Source: Acidimicrobiales bacterium (GTDB taxonomy: Bacteria; Actinomycetota; Acidimicrobiia; Acidimicrobiales; UBA8190). From it: 64,000 nt of DNA. A model generated the notes under the pieces. That model ran no database searches, was not told the origin of the DNA, and saw only the letters and a list, made by a program, of their open reading frames with translations. The DNA is taken from the NCBI GenBank assembly GCA_035535015.1, contig DATLQU010000035.1:10614-74613 (forward strand), given 5' to 3'. Position numbers and translations under genes: made by a program. Each line of letters begins with the position of its first letter. Position 1 is the first letter of the stretch. This document shows positions 54,135 through 63,143 of the stretch, piece after piece.

Positions 54135-56904
54135 GGGCGTCCGCCGGTCGGAGAGATCACGGGGGCCGGGTGAACCGCGGGCGAGGAGTCGCTGAAGGAC
54201 CGGGGCCCGGCGGTGACCGGGGGCAGGGGGACCGAGCGGGCGATGACGCTCTGGGAATCCTCCCGGTCCAACAACTCGTCGACGGCGTCCTGGCTGAGCG
54301 GAGGGGCCCAGAGGAACCCTTGGCCGAGGAGGCAGCCCAGTCGGTGGAGCTGGGTGCGTTGGTCGACGATCTCGATGCCCTCGGCCACCATGTCGAGGCC
54401 CAGCTGCCGGCCCAGGAAGACGAGTCCCTCGATCAGCGGCGGCACGTTGCCCGGACCCTCGATCAGGGAGGTGAACGAACGGTCCACCTTCAAGATGTCG
54501 ATGGGGAACTGACGCAGGTACGACAGCGACGAGTAGCCGGTGCCGAAGTCGTCGATGGCCAGGCGGACCCCGGTGGCCTTGAGCTCGATCAGACGTTCGA
54601 GGATGGTGGTGCTCTTGTCGAGCAGGACGCTCTCGGTGATCTCCAGGGTGAGGGTCTCGGGCGGAAGCAGGTGGCGGAGGATGGCCGCCTGGACCTCTTC
54701 GACGAACGACGGCTCCTGCAGCTGGAGGGCGGAGACGTTGACGGCCATGGTGAGAGGCAGCGGACGCCGGTGGGCCACCTGCCAGCGGCGGGCCTGGGCG
54801 CAGGCCTGGCCGAGGACCCAGCGGCCGATGGGCACGATCAGGCCCGTCTCCTCGGCGATGGGGATGAAGTCGAGAGGCGAGATCGTGCCGAACTCGGGGT
54901 GCTCCCATCGGGCCAGGGCTTCGAAACCGACCACGCCGTCGGTATGCAACTCCACCACCGGCTGGTAGAGCACCCGCAACTGGTGGCGCTCGATGGCGTG
55001 GACGAGATCGGACTCGAGTCGCAGGCGGTTGCGGTCGCCGTGATGCATGGTGACGTCGAAGATCTGGTAGCGGTTGCGACCGGCCGACTTGGCCCCGTAC
55101 ATGGCGATGTCGGCGTCGCGGAGCAGCTCCTCGGCCGAACCGGCGTCGCAGGCCACCCCGATGCTGGCGGAGACGGTGACGTCACCACCGCCGAGGCGGA
55201 AGGGCTCGTGCAGGGCGTCGAGGATGCGGCGGGCCACGAGCTGGCCGCCATCGGGAACACCGAGGGTGAGGACGGCGAACTCGTCGCCCCCCAGGCGGGC
55301 CAGGGTGTCGTCGTCGCGCAGCGTCGGCAAGAGCCTTTCGGCCACGGCCACCAGAAGCTCGTCGCCCGACCCGTGACCGAGGCTGTCGTTCACCGTCTTG
55401 AAGCGGTCGAGGTCGATGAACAGGACGTGGACGTTGTTGGCCGTGCGGCTGGCCAGGGCGTACTCGACCCGCTCGCGGAACAGCGCCCGGTTCGGCAATC
55501 CGGTCAACGAGTCGTGGAAGGCCTGGTAGGTGAGCTGGGCCTCGAGGGCTCTCTGGTCGGTGATGTCCTTCACGGCCACGAGGACGGCATCGCGGCCGGC
55601 GAACTCGAGATCGTGCGAGGCCACCTCGACGACGATGACCCGGCCGTCGCGGACCACGTGGTTCCAGGTGCGGACGTGGTCCTGGCCCTGGCGGCGGCGC
55701 AGGCCGTCGACATCCTCGCGGTGCGACGGTTCCCAGACGCCGGGCACGCTCATGGCCAGGAATTCGTCGCGGCTGTAGCCGTAGTGGTCGATGGCCGCCT
55801 GGTTCACCTCTAAGAAGGCCAGGCTCCGGCGGTCGTAGACCCACATGGGTTGCGGGTTCTGGGCGAAGAGCTGGCGGAAGTTGGCCTCGCTCTCGGCCAG
55901 GCGGACCTCGGCGTCGCGCCGGGCCGTGACGTCGGAGAAGTTGGCCACGATGGCACCCACGGCGGGCTCGTCGAGGAGGTCGCGGAGCACCACTTCGCAC
56001 CAGCGGTAGCTCCCGTCGGCGTGGAGCAGCCGGACGAGGTTCCGTTCGACGGCACCGCCGCGCCGGAGCACCTCGGTGAGAGCGGCGGCGAGACGCAGGT
56101 GGTCATCGGGGTGGACGAAGTCGGCGGCCGGACGGCCGACCCGCTCGGCGGGGTCGAATCCGAGGGTGGTCTGCACCGCCGGCGTCTCGAAGGTGATCCG
56201 GCCGTCGGCGTCGACCAGGCTGATGATGTCGGCCGCCCCTTCGACCAGGACGCGGAAACGGCGCTCGCTGCGGGTGAGGGCGCTCTCCGAGCGACCGAGC
56301 CGGTCGCTCACCCAGGCCACCGTCTCACCCACGAGGACGAAGGAGGGAACCACGTAGAGTGCCGACGCCGGACCCACCGTCCCGTGGTGGTGCCGCAACA
56401 GCAGGGGCAGCTCGTAGGCCACAAGGAACAGAGGCAGGAAGCGCAGCGACGTCCCCCGGGGATAACCGAGCCCCAACCAGATGAAGACCACCACGTAGAA
56501 GAGCCCGTAGATGAACCCGTCGTCGGCGCTGAAGATGCCGTGGAGGACGATGAGGGCGAAGGCGGGGGGAACGAGCCACAACATGGCCGAGCGCTTCCAA
56601 CGCGCCCAGGGTGTCGCCCAGATGGCCGCGCCCGACACGACGGTGGCCACACCGACCACCATCAGTCCGGGGCGGTTGGCCCCGGGGGGGAAGGCGGCGA
56701 AGGCACCGGCCACGATCACGAGGATGCCGCAGAGTAGGAACAGCGCCGACGAGATGTGGCCCACCAGGCGCGTGGTCAGGGTGCCCGTTTCGGGCGGGCC
56801 CCCGACGGCCGGCCTCAAGGCCCCCAGTCGGGTCCGCCAAGGAAGGACGGAGGGCGGCGTCGGAGGCTCGGCGGCGGCGTTCGGCTCCCAGGTGTCGTGG
56901 GCCA
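54131..56904 (-). CDS. Membrane sensor with PAS-PAS-GGDEF-EAL architecture (c-di-GMP turnover)
   Basis: ~7 predicted TM segments and two PAS-like regions. GGDEF (ARLGGDEFAV) and EAL (FEALARWEHPEFG, DDFGTGYSSL, KVDRSF). Start set at MAHDTWEPN (56904). Confidence 0.85.
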
Positions 56905-56999
56905 TCACTTTTCTATCGACCAGCGCGACCGGCGCCATCACCCCTGACGGCGACCTTGTGCGTCCGTTGTGGCAGCGTGGGGACGTGGATCTCCCCGTC

Positions 57000-58049
57000 A
57001 TGCCCCCGGTCGCCCCCATGCTGGCCAAATTGGCCCGTGAGCTGCCCCGATCCGACGATCTCGTCTACGAGCCCAAGTGGGACGGATTTCGCTGCATCGT
57101 CTTTCGCGACGGGGACGAGCTGGAGCTGGGCAGCCGCAACGAGCGGCCCCTGACCCGCTACTTTCCCGAGCTGATCGAGCCGCTGCGCCAAGCCCTGCCG
57201 GCGAAGGCCGTGGTGGACGGGGAGATCGTCATCGCCGGGACCCGGGGGCTCGACTTCGACGCCCTGCTCCAGCGGATCCATCCGGCCGCCTCCCGGGTGG
57301 ACATGCTGGCCGGCAGCACCCCGGCGTCATTCGTGGCCTTCGATCTGCTGGCCCTCGATGACCGCGACCTGCGACCGGCACCGTTCCGCCAGCGCCGGGC
57401 GCTGCTCGAGGCGGCGCTGCGTGGGGCCCGGCCTCCCGTGCATCTCACCCCGGCCACCACCGACCCCGAGGTGGCCCAGGACTGGTTCTCCCGCTTCGAA
57501 GGGGCGGGACTCGACGGCGTCGTGGCCAAACGGCGCGAGACGACGTACCGCGAAGATGAACGGGTGATGATGAAGGTGAAGCACGAGCGTACGGCCGACT
57601 GCGTGGTGGCCGGGTTCCGCTGGCACAAGTCGGGACCGATCGTGGGATCGCTGTTGCTCGGGCTCTACGACGATGACGGCGTCCTGCACCATGTGGGGGT
57701 CACGGCGTCGTTCACCATGGCCCGTCGACGCGAGCTGGTGGACGAACTGACCGCCTACCGGCGGCCCACGCTCGCCGGGCATCCCTGGGAGGGCTGGGCG
57801 GCGGGGGAGTCGAGCGGAGGCCGGACCCCGGGGGCACCGTCGCGGTGGAACGCCAAGAAGGACCTGAGCTGGGAGCCTCTGGCACCCGAGCTGGTGGTCG
57901 AGGTGGCCTACGACAATCTGCAGGGGGACCGCTTCCGCCACGCCACCACCTTCCGGCGCTGGCGGACCGATCGCCGCCCCGAGAGCTGCACCTACTCCCA
58001 GCTCGAGACCGTGGTGCCCGAGGAGCTCGCCGCCGTCTTCGGCGCCTGA
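57000..58049 (+). CDS. ATP-dependent DNA ligase, LigC-like (adenylation plus OB domains only)
   Basis: PMLAKLARELP...YEPKWDGFRCIVF (motif I KxDG), DGEIV, FVAFDLL, EGVVAK, MMKVK. Start at 57000 or 57018. Confidence 0.85.
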   Translation: MPPVAPMLAKLARELPRSDDLVYEPKWDGFRCIVFRDGDELELGSRNERPLTRYFPELIEPLRQALPAKAVVDGEIVIAGTRGLDFDALLQRIHPAASRVDMLAGSTPASFVAFDLLALDDRDLRPAPFRQRRALLEAALRGARPPVHLTPATTDPEVAQDWFSRFEGAGLDGVVAKRRETTYREDERVMMKVKHERTADCVVAGFRWHKSGPIVGSLLLGLYDDDGVLHHVGVTASFTMARRRELVDELTAYRRPTLAGHPWEGWAAGESSGGRTPGAPSRWNAKKDLSWEPLAPELVVEVAYDNLQGDRFRHATTFRRWRTDRRPESCTYSQLETVVPEELAAVFGA

Positions 58050-58088
58050 GGTGCTCCGTCGCCATCCTCGGCGTCGGTAAGGTCGGAC

Positions 58089-58745
58089 GTGGTGATCGAT
58101 GACCTCGACCTGAGCTCGGCCTCGGTGTTCTTGGACTTCGACGGCACCATCTCGCTCGGCGACACCGGGGTCCATCTCCTGAACCGGCTGGCCGGTGATT
58201 CGTGGCGGGCCATCGAGGAGCTCTACGCCAGCGGAGAGATCGGCAGCCGCGAATGCATCACCCGGCAGTGGGCGCTGTTAGCCACCGAAGACGAGAGTCG
58301 ATTGCGCTCCGTGGCGGCCGAGATCCCCATCGACGACTACTTCGAGCCTCTGGTCGACGCCCTCCTCGATGCCGGCGCCGAGGTCTCCATCGTCTCGGAC
58401 GGATTCGGCTTCGTGGCGAGCGACGTCGGCGAGTCGATGGGCATCGCCGTGAAGACGGCCACCATCGACTGGGCCACCGGGGCCATCGCTTTCCCCGACG
58501 GCGACGAAACCTGTCTCTGCGCCCGCTGCGGGACCTGCAAGCAGGCGCCGTTGCGGGAGGCGGCGGGCCGGGGGCGGACGACCATCTTCGTGGGCGACGG
58601 CCTGAGCGACCAGCTGGCCGCGCCGGGCGCCGATCTTCTCTTCGCCACCGATCAGCTGGCCCGTTGGTGCGATCTCCAGAACATTCCCTATCGACCGTTT
58701 CTCTCTCTGGGGGAGGTGGCTGCCGCCCTCGGGCTGCTCGGCTGA
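58089..58745 (+). CDS. HAD-superfamily phosphatase (subfamily IB, MtnX-like with Cys cluster)
   Basis: Motif I FLDFDGTIS, plus IVSDG, CLCARCGTCK and FVGDGLSD. Confidence 0.75.
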   Translation: MVIDDLDLSSASVFLDFDGTISLGDTGVHLLNRLAGDSWRAIEELYASGEIGSRECITRQWALLATEDESRLRSVAAEIPIDDYFEPLVDALLDAGAEVSIVSDGFGFVASDVGESMGIAVKTATIDWATGAIAFPDGDETCLCARCGTCKQAPLREAAGRGRTTIFVGDGLSDQLAAPGADLLFATDQLARWCDLQNIPYRPFLSLGEVAAALGLLG

Positions 58746-58769
58746 CGGCTCCCTCGGCCGGTGGCTCGC

Positions 58770-59810
58770 TCAGTCAGTGGGCGGCCCGGTCGGCCGGGGC
58801 CGGTCCCGGGCCCGGCCGGGGGCCACCCGGCGGGGCTCCCCCCGCTGCTTGGCGAAGTGCGGGGGCCAGGGCGCGTCCCCGAGTCCCTCGGTTTCGTCAC
58901 GCGCCGCCAATTCCAGAAGACCGGTGAGGTCGTAGCGGTGGTCGTCGAGCCCGGCACCCGGGTCTCCGCGCTCGGCGAAGCGGGCGGGGACGGTGGCCAG
59001 TGTCAGATCGGAGGGCTCGGCGTCGGGGACCTCGTCCCAGTCCAGAGGGCACGAGACCCGGCCTTCGGGATTGGCCCGGACCGAGTACGCCGACGCCACC
59101 GTCCGGTCCCGGGCGTTCTGGTTGTAGTCGATGAAGACGCGTTCGCCGCGTTGTTCCTTCCACCACGCCGAGGTGGCCACCTCGGGCATGCGGCGCTCGA
59201 CCGCCCGGGCCAGAGCCAACGCGGCGCGGCGAACCTCGGTGAAGTCCCAACGCGGTTCGATGGGCACGTTCACATGCATGCCCCGCGACCCCGACGTCTT
59301 CGGAAATCCCTGCAGGCCGTGATCGTCGAGAATGGCCCGGGCCTCGAGGGCCACCCGGCGGACGTCGTCGTAGCTGACGCCGGGCTGGGGATCGAGGTCG
59401 ACCCTGAGCTCATCGGGATGATCGACGTCCTGACGGCGCACGGGCCAGGGATTGAGGTCCAGGCAACCCAGGTTGGCGGCCCAGGCGATATGGGCCACGT
59501 CAACCGGGCAGAGCTCTTCGGCGCTGCGACCGCTCGGAAAGCTGACCGTCACCGTCTCGATCCATTCCGGCCGCTTGGCCGGGACCCGCTTCTGATAGAA
59601 GAACTCTCCTTCGGCGCCGTGGGGGAACCTCTTCAGGACGGTGGGCCGGTGGAAGACACCGCGCAGCGCTCCCGGTCCCACGGCAAGGTAGTAGCGGACG
59701 AGGTCGAGCTTGGTCTCCCCCCGGGTGGAGAAGAAGACCTTGTCGGGGTTCGAGACGGTCACGGTGTGCCCGTCCACCTCGACGGTGACGGGCGGCGCCT
59801 GGGCGGCCAT
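58770..59810 (-). CDS. LigD-polymerase-domain / Prim-Pol family primase-polymerase (stand-alone)
   Basis: VTVSNPDKVFF...TKLDLVRYY...FPHG...FYQKR...DLDP...KTSGSRGMHV...IDYNQNARDRTVASAYSVR. Confidence 0.85.
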   Translation of the reverse strand: MAAQAPPVTVEVDGHTVTVSNPDKVFFSTRGETKLDLVRYYLAVGPGALRGVFHRPTVLKRFPHGAEGEFFYQKRVPAKRPEWIETVTVSFPSGRSAEELCPVDVAHIAWAANLGCLDLNPWPVRRQDVDHPDELRVDLDPQPGVSYDDVRRVALEARAILDDHGLQGFPKTSGSRGMHVNVPIEPRWDFTEVRRAALALARAVERRMPEVATSAWWKEQRGERVFIDYNQNARDRTVASAYSVRANPEGRVSCPLDWDEVPDAEPSDLTLATVPARFAERGDPGAGLDDHRYDLTGLLELAARDETEGLGDAPWPPHFAKQRGEPRRVAPGRARDRPRPTGPPTD

Positions 59811-59816
59811 CCACCG

Positions 59817-60863
59817 ATGCTGGCACGGATCACTACATTCGCGGTGGTGGACCCCGTCGTCGCCCTCCGCCGCGTCGCCTATCTGCTCGAAGCCGAAGGC
59901 GCCGCCACCTACAAGGTCCGTGCCTTCCGCCGGGCGGCCCAGACGCTCTCGGCCGAGGGGCCGGCGCGGATCGAAGAGCTGGCCCGGTCGAAGCGACTGA
60001 CCGCTCTCCCGGGCATCGGCGACAGCACGGCCGCCGTCATCACCGAGGCTCTGGCCGGCGACGAGCCGGCCTATCTCACCGATCTCGTTCAGCGCGCCCA
60101 GGCTCCGGCGTCGGGCTCGATCGGCGCCCTGCGGGCACGGCTACACGGCGACTGCCACAGCCACTCCGACTGGTCCGACGGCGGAAGCCCCATCCGGGAC
60201 ATGGCCGAGGCGGCCCGGGACCTCGGGCACGACTATCTCGCCCTGACCGACCACAGTCCCCGGCTCACCGTGGCCCACGGACTCAATCCCGAACGCCTGT
60301 GCCAGCAGCTGGACGTGGTGGCGGAGTTGAACGAGGAGCTGGCCCCGTTCCGGATCCTCACCGGCATCGAGGTCGACATCTTGGAAGACGGTCGCCTGGA
60401 TCAGGACGAATCGCTCCTGGCCCGCCTCGACGTGGTGGTGGCCAGCGTCCACTCCAAACTCAGCATGGACCCGGGGCCTATGACCAAACGCATGGTGGCG
60501 GCCATCGAGAGCCCTCACACCGACATCCTGGGTCACTGCACCGGTCGCAAGGTCGTGGGCCGGGGACGGCCCCCGTCCCGGTTCGACGCCGAACTCGTCT
60601 TCGCCACCTGCGCCCGGACGGGGACGGCCGTCGAGATCAACTCCCGCCCCGAACGCCGGGATCCTCCCGAGCCCCTGCTCCGCCAGGCCCTGGCCCTCGG
60701 ATGTCTGGTCTCCATCGACACCGACGCCCACGCGCCCGGACAACTGGAGTGGCTCAGCTACGGCTGTGCCCAGGCCGTCGAAGCCGATACACCCGACGAC
60801 CGGATCGTGAACGCCTGGCCGATGGAGCAGCTCCTGGCCTGGACGGCGAGTCATGCCGCCTGA
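59817..60863 (+). CDS. HhH-PHP protein (PolX-like N-terminal helix-hairpin-helix region fused to a PHP phosphoesterase domain; no polymerase core)
   Basis: YKVRAFRRAAQTL...LTALPGIGDSTAAVI, then the PHP motifs GDCHSHSDWSDG, LALTDHS, GIEVDI, SVH, ILGH and SIDTDAH. Confidence 0.8.
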   Translation: MLARITTFAVVDPVVALRRVAYLLEAEGAATYKVRAFRRAAQTLSAEGPARIEELARSKRLTALPGIGDSTAAVITEALAGDEPAYLTDLVQRAQAPASGSIGALRARLHGDCHSHSDWSDGGSPIRDMAEAARDLGHDYLALTDHSPRLTVAHGLNPERLCQQLDVVAELNEELAPFRILTGIEVDILEDGRLDQDESLLARLDVVVASVHSKLSMDPGPMTKRMVAAIESPHTDILGHCTGRKVVGRGRPPSRFDAELVFATCARTGTAVEINSRPERRDPPEPLLRQALALGCLVSIDTDAHAPGQLEWLSYGCAQAVEADTPDDRIVNAWPMEQLLAWTASHAA

Positions 60864-60881
60864 GCCGGGAGCGGGCTGAGG

Positions 60882-61775
60882 TCAGGTGACGGGGAGGCCC
60901 TGCGCCTCGAGACGCCCGTCGACCCATGTGGCCACGGCCGCCACCACGGCACCGGCCGTCTCTGAGAGCGCGGCGGCGTCGACGGGGAGGATCCGCACCT
61001 GCCCACTGGCGGGCCACAACCCGACCACCCGACACGGCGCCGACGACCCGCCCCGGGCCAACGCCGAGACGAGGGCCGGAAACCCGAGCGCCGAACGCCA
61101 GTCCGACGGCGGCAACCCTGATCCCACGACGAGAAGCGCCGGAGGCCCGTCCCCTCTGACCCTGACATCGGCCCGTCCCCGCAGCGTCAGTCGGCGCGTT
61201 CCGGGGCAGTCCCACCAGTCGTCTCCACCGCCGACGATCGGGGCAGGAGCGAACCGATCCCACTCGAGCGCCGTCCACACCTGCGTCGCCCAGGTCACGG
61301 CTTCGGCCTCGACCATGGCCCGCCCTCCGGCAGGCAGGCTCCGGTACCAGCCGGCCCACCACGGCGGACGCGTGGACGACGGATCACCACCATCGGCCAC
61401 GTCCTCGACTCCGGCGGCCAGGACCTCGGCCACGGCCGCGGCCGGTGTGGGCGACCACCCTCGGACGCAACGGGCCATCGCGTTCAGCCCGATAGCCCGG
61501 CGGCATACCAGGGGCGAAGGGGTGAACGGTCCCTCCACAGCGCGGCAACGCTCAGGATGCTCCCGGGCCATGTCGAACCGGTATCCATCGAGACGCAACC
61601 GCTCCCCCGTCGGCAGCTCTTCGACCAGAGCCACGAGGTCACCGGCCAGCCGATCCCGGAGTGCGGCCACATCTTCGGCGCCCACCGCATCGGCATCCGG
61701 GGTCAGCAGTGCCTCGGTCAACGCCCCGGCCCGGGGCAGGGCCAGGGACATCCCGGTCGCCGGGGGGGCGGTCAT
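60882..61775 (-). CDS. Hypothetical protein, apparent catalytically degenerate paralog of the upstream PD-(D/E)XK nuclease
   Basis: LTLRGRADVRVRGDGPPALLVVGSG aligns by eye with VVLSGVVDLAFGG...VCVVEIKSG of the upstream gene, but lacks the E-x-K. Its ATG overlaps the upstream stop (ATGA at 61772-61775). Confidence 0.5.
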   Translation of the reverse strand: MTAPPATGMSLALPRAGALTEALLTPDADAVGAEDVAALRDRLAGDLVALVEELPTGERLRLDGYRFDMAREHPERCRAVEGPFTPSPLVCRRAIGLNAMARCVRGWSPTPAAAVAEVLAAGVEDVADGGDPSSTRPPWWAGWYRSLPAGGRAMVEAEAVTWATQVWTALEWDRFAPAPIVGGGDDWWDCPGTRRLTLRGRADVRVRGDGPPALLVVGSGLPPSDWRSALGFPALVSALARGGSSAPCRVVGLWPASGQVRILPVDAAALSETAGAVVAAVATWVDGRLEAQGLPVT

Positions 61776-62812
61776 GGCCGGTCGTCCCCCTCGGTGCCGC
61801 CGGCACCACCGGTTTCGGTCTCGACCAGCAGGGAAAAGTCGTCATCGGTGGTGGCGTCGCCCGCCTGCCGGGGCACGTCGGTCCCGGCCCGCTCCTGGCC
61901 CGGTTCGCACCCGGGCAGCGCCGTGCACCACGCGCACAGACCGTTGGCCGTCCGGGCCGGTTCGCTCCCTGCGGCCAAGCGGCACAGTCGCCCGGTGCCG
62001 GCCAATACCCGCTGCAGAGCTCCGACCAGGACGTCATCGGTCACGGCCTCGACATCGAGCTCGCCCGTCCGCGTGTAGTAGGTGGCGATCCGGAACGGCG
62101 GCGCGCCGCTGCGCAGGGTTTCGAGCAGGGCATAGAAATGAAGATCGCCGCGGTGCTCGATCCGGCGCCGGCCCGATTTGATCTCGACGACACAGACCGA
62201 CGCCCGTTCTCCCGCCGGCCCGCCGAAAGCCAGGTCGACCACGCCACTCAGGACGACCCTTCCACCGACGAGTGGTACCACCAGCCTTTCCTGTGTCCGG
62301 GGCAACCAGCTCGGGCTGGGCACCGGCCAGCGGGCGACGACACCGCCGGCGTGCTCCGCCACCTCCCGGGCCAGGTCGCCGCGGCTGTCGGGAGTCATGG
62401 CGTCGAGGAAGCCGATGATGTCGCTGTCGCCGTCGACCCGGACGGCGCCGAGGGCGTCGGACCAGGGGTCGTCCAGCCGCCCCGTCGTCACCCACTGCCG
62501 GAACAGCGCATCGACCAGGCTGCCCCGGACCAGCTCCAGGGTCACGTTCCGGGGGGAGCTCCGCCGGGCCACCAGATGGGCCTCGCACATGAGCACGCCG
62601 GTCAGCGCCTCCTTGGTCACCCGCACGGACCCGCCGTCCACGGCCAGGTCGTCGGTCACACCGGCGAGCCCGTCCTCGAGCCAGTCCCGCAGCCCCCCGG
62701 CCAGCCCCGGGTCGACCGCCGGACGGGCCCTCCCCTGCCCCCGCAGCCGCTCGAGCAGAACGGCTCCTTCCGGGGGCCGGACGGCATCGGCGGTTGAGCT
62801 CGATCTGGGCAC
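61772..62812 (-). CDS. PD-(D/E)XK nuclease with Cas4/AddB-type Fe-S cysteine motif
   Basis: D...E-x-K core (GVVDLAF...VVEIKSG) with HFYAL following it. C-terminal C-x2-C-x5-C (CAWCTALPGC) plus an N-terminal Cys (LMCEAH). I trimmed the 722-aa track ORF to the GTG at 62812. The start is uncertain. Confidence 0.6.
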   Translation of the reverse strand: MPRSSSTADAVRPPEGAVLLERLRGQGRARPAVDPGLAGGLRDWLEDGLAGVTDDLAVDGGSVRVTKEALTGVLMCEAHLVARRSSPRNVTLELVRGSLVDALFRQWVTTGRLDDPWSDALGAVRVDGDSDIIGFLDAMTPDSRGDLAREVAEHAGGVVARWPVPSPSWLPRTQERLVVPLVGGRVVLSGVVDLAFGGPAGERASVCVVEIKSGRRRIEHRGDLHFYALLETLRSGAPPFRIATYYTRTGELDVEAVTDDVLVGALQRVLAGTGRLCRLAAGSEPARTANGLCAWCTALPGCEPGQERAGTDVPRQAGDATTDDDFSLLVETETGGAGGTEGDDRP

Positions 62813-62960
62813 GACCCCAGCTTGCCCGACGGCTGTGACGGCCACGGCCGAGACCGGGCCGGAGCCCTCGAGCCACCCCCGACGCCGCCCCCGGCCATTA
62901 GCCTCGATTCCCGATGCAGACGACCCGCAGCGCCGCCGCGGACCCGGGGATGGGGGCCCG

Positions 62961-63143
62961 ATGACCCCGGCCTTCGTCGTCGTCTTCGCCCTCTTCGTCC
63001 TGGCCCTCGGGGCGCTCGTCGTCATCTCCGTCCGTTGGGGCGTCCGCCGCGACCGCGCGGCGCGGGCCGTGGCGGCGGCGCGGCGCGAGGAAGCCTCGCG
63101 ACCGGGGCCGGGAACCCCACCCCCGGGGCCGGCCTCCCGCTGA
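62961..63143 (+). CDS. Small single-TM protein (60 aa)
   Basis: MTPAFVVVFALFVLALGALVVISVRWGVRRDRAAR... Its TGA overlaps the patatin ATG (TGATG). Confidence 0.4.
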   Translation: MTPAFVVVFALFVLALGALVVISVRWGVRRDRAARAVAAARREEASRPGPGTPPPGPASR

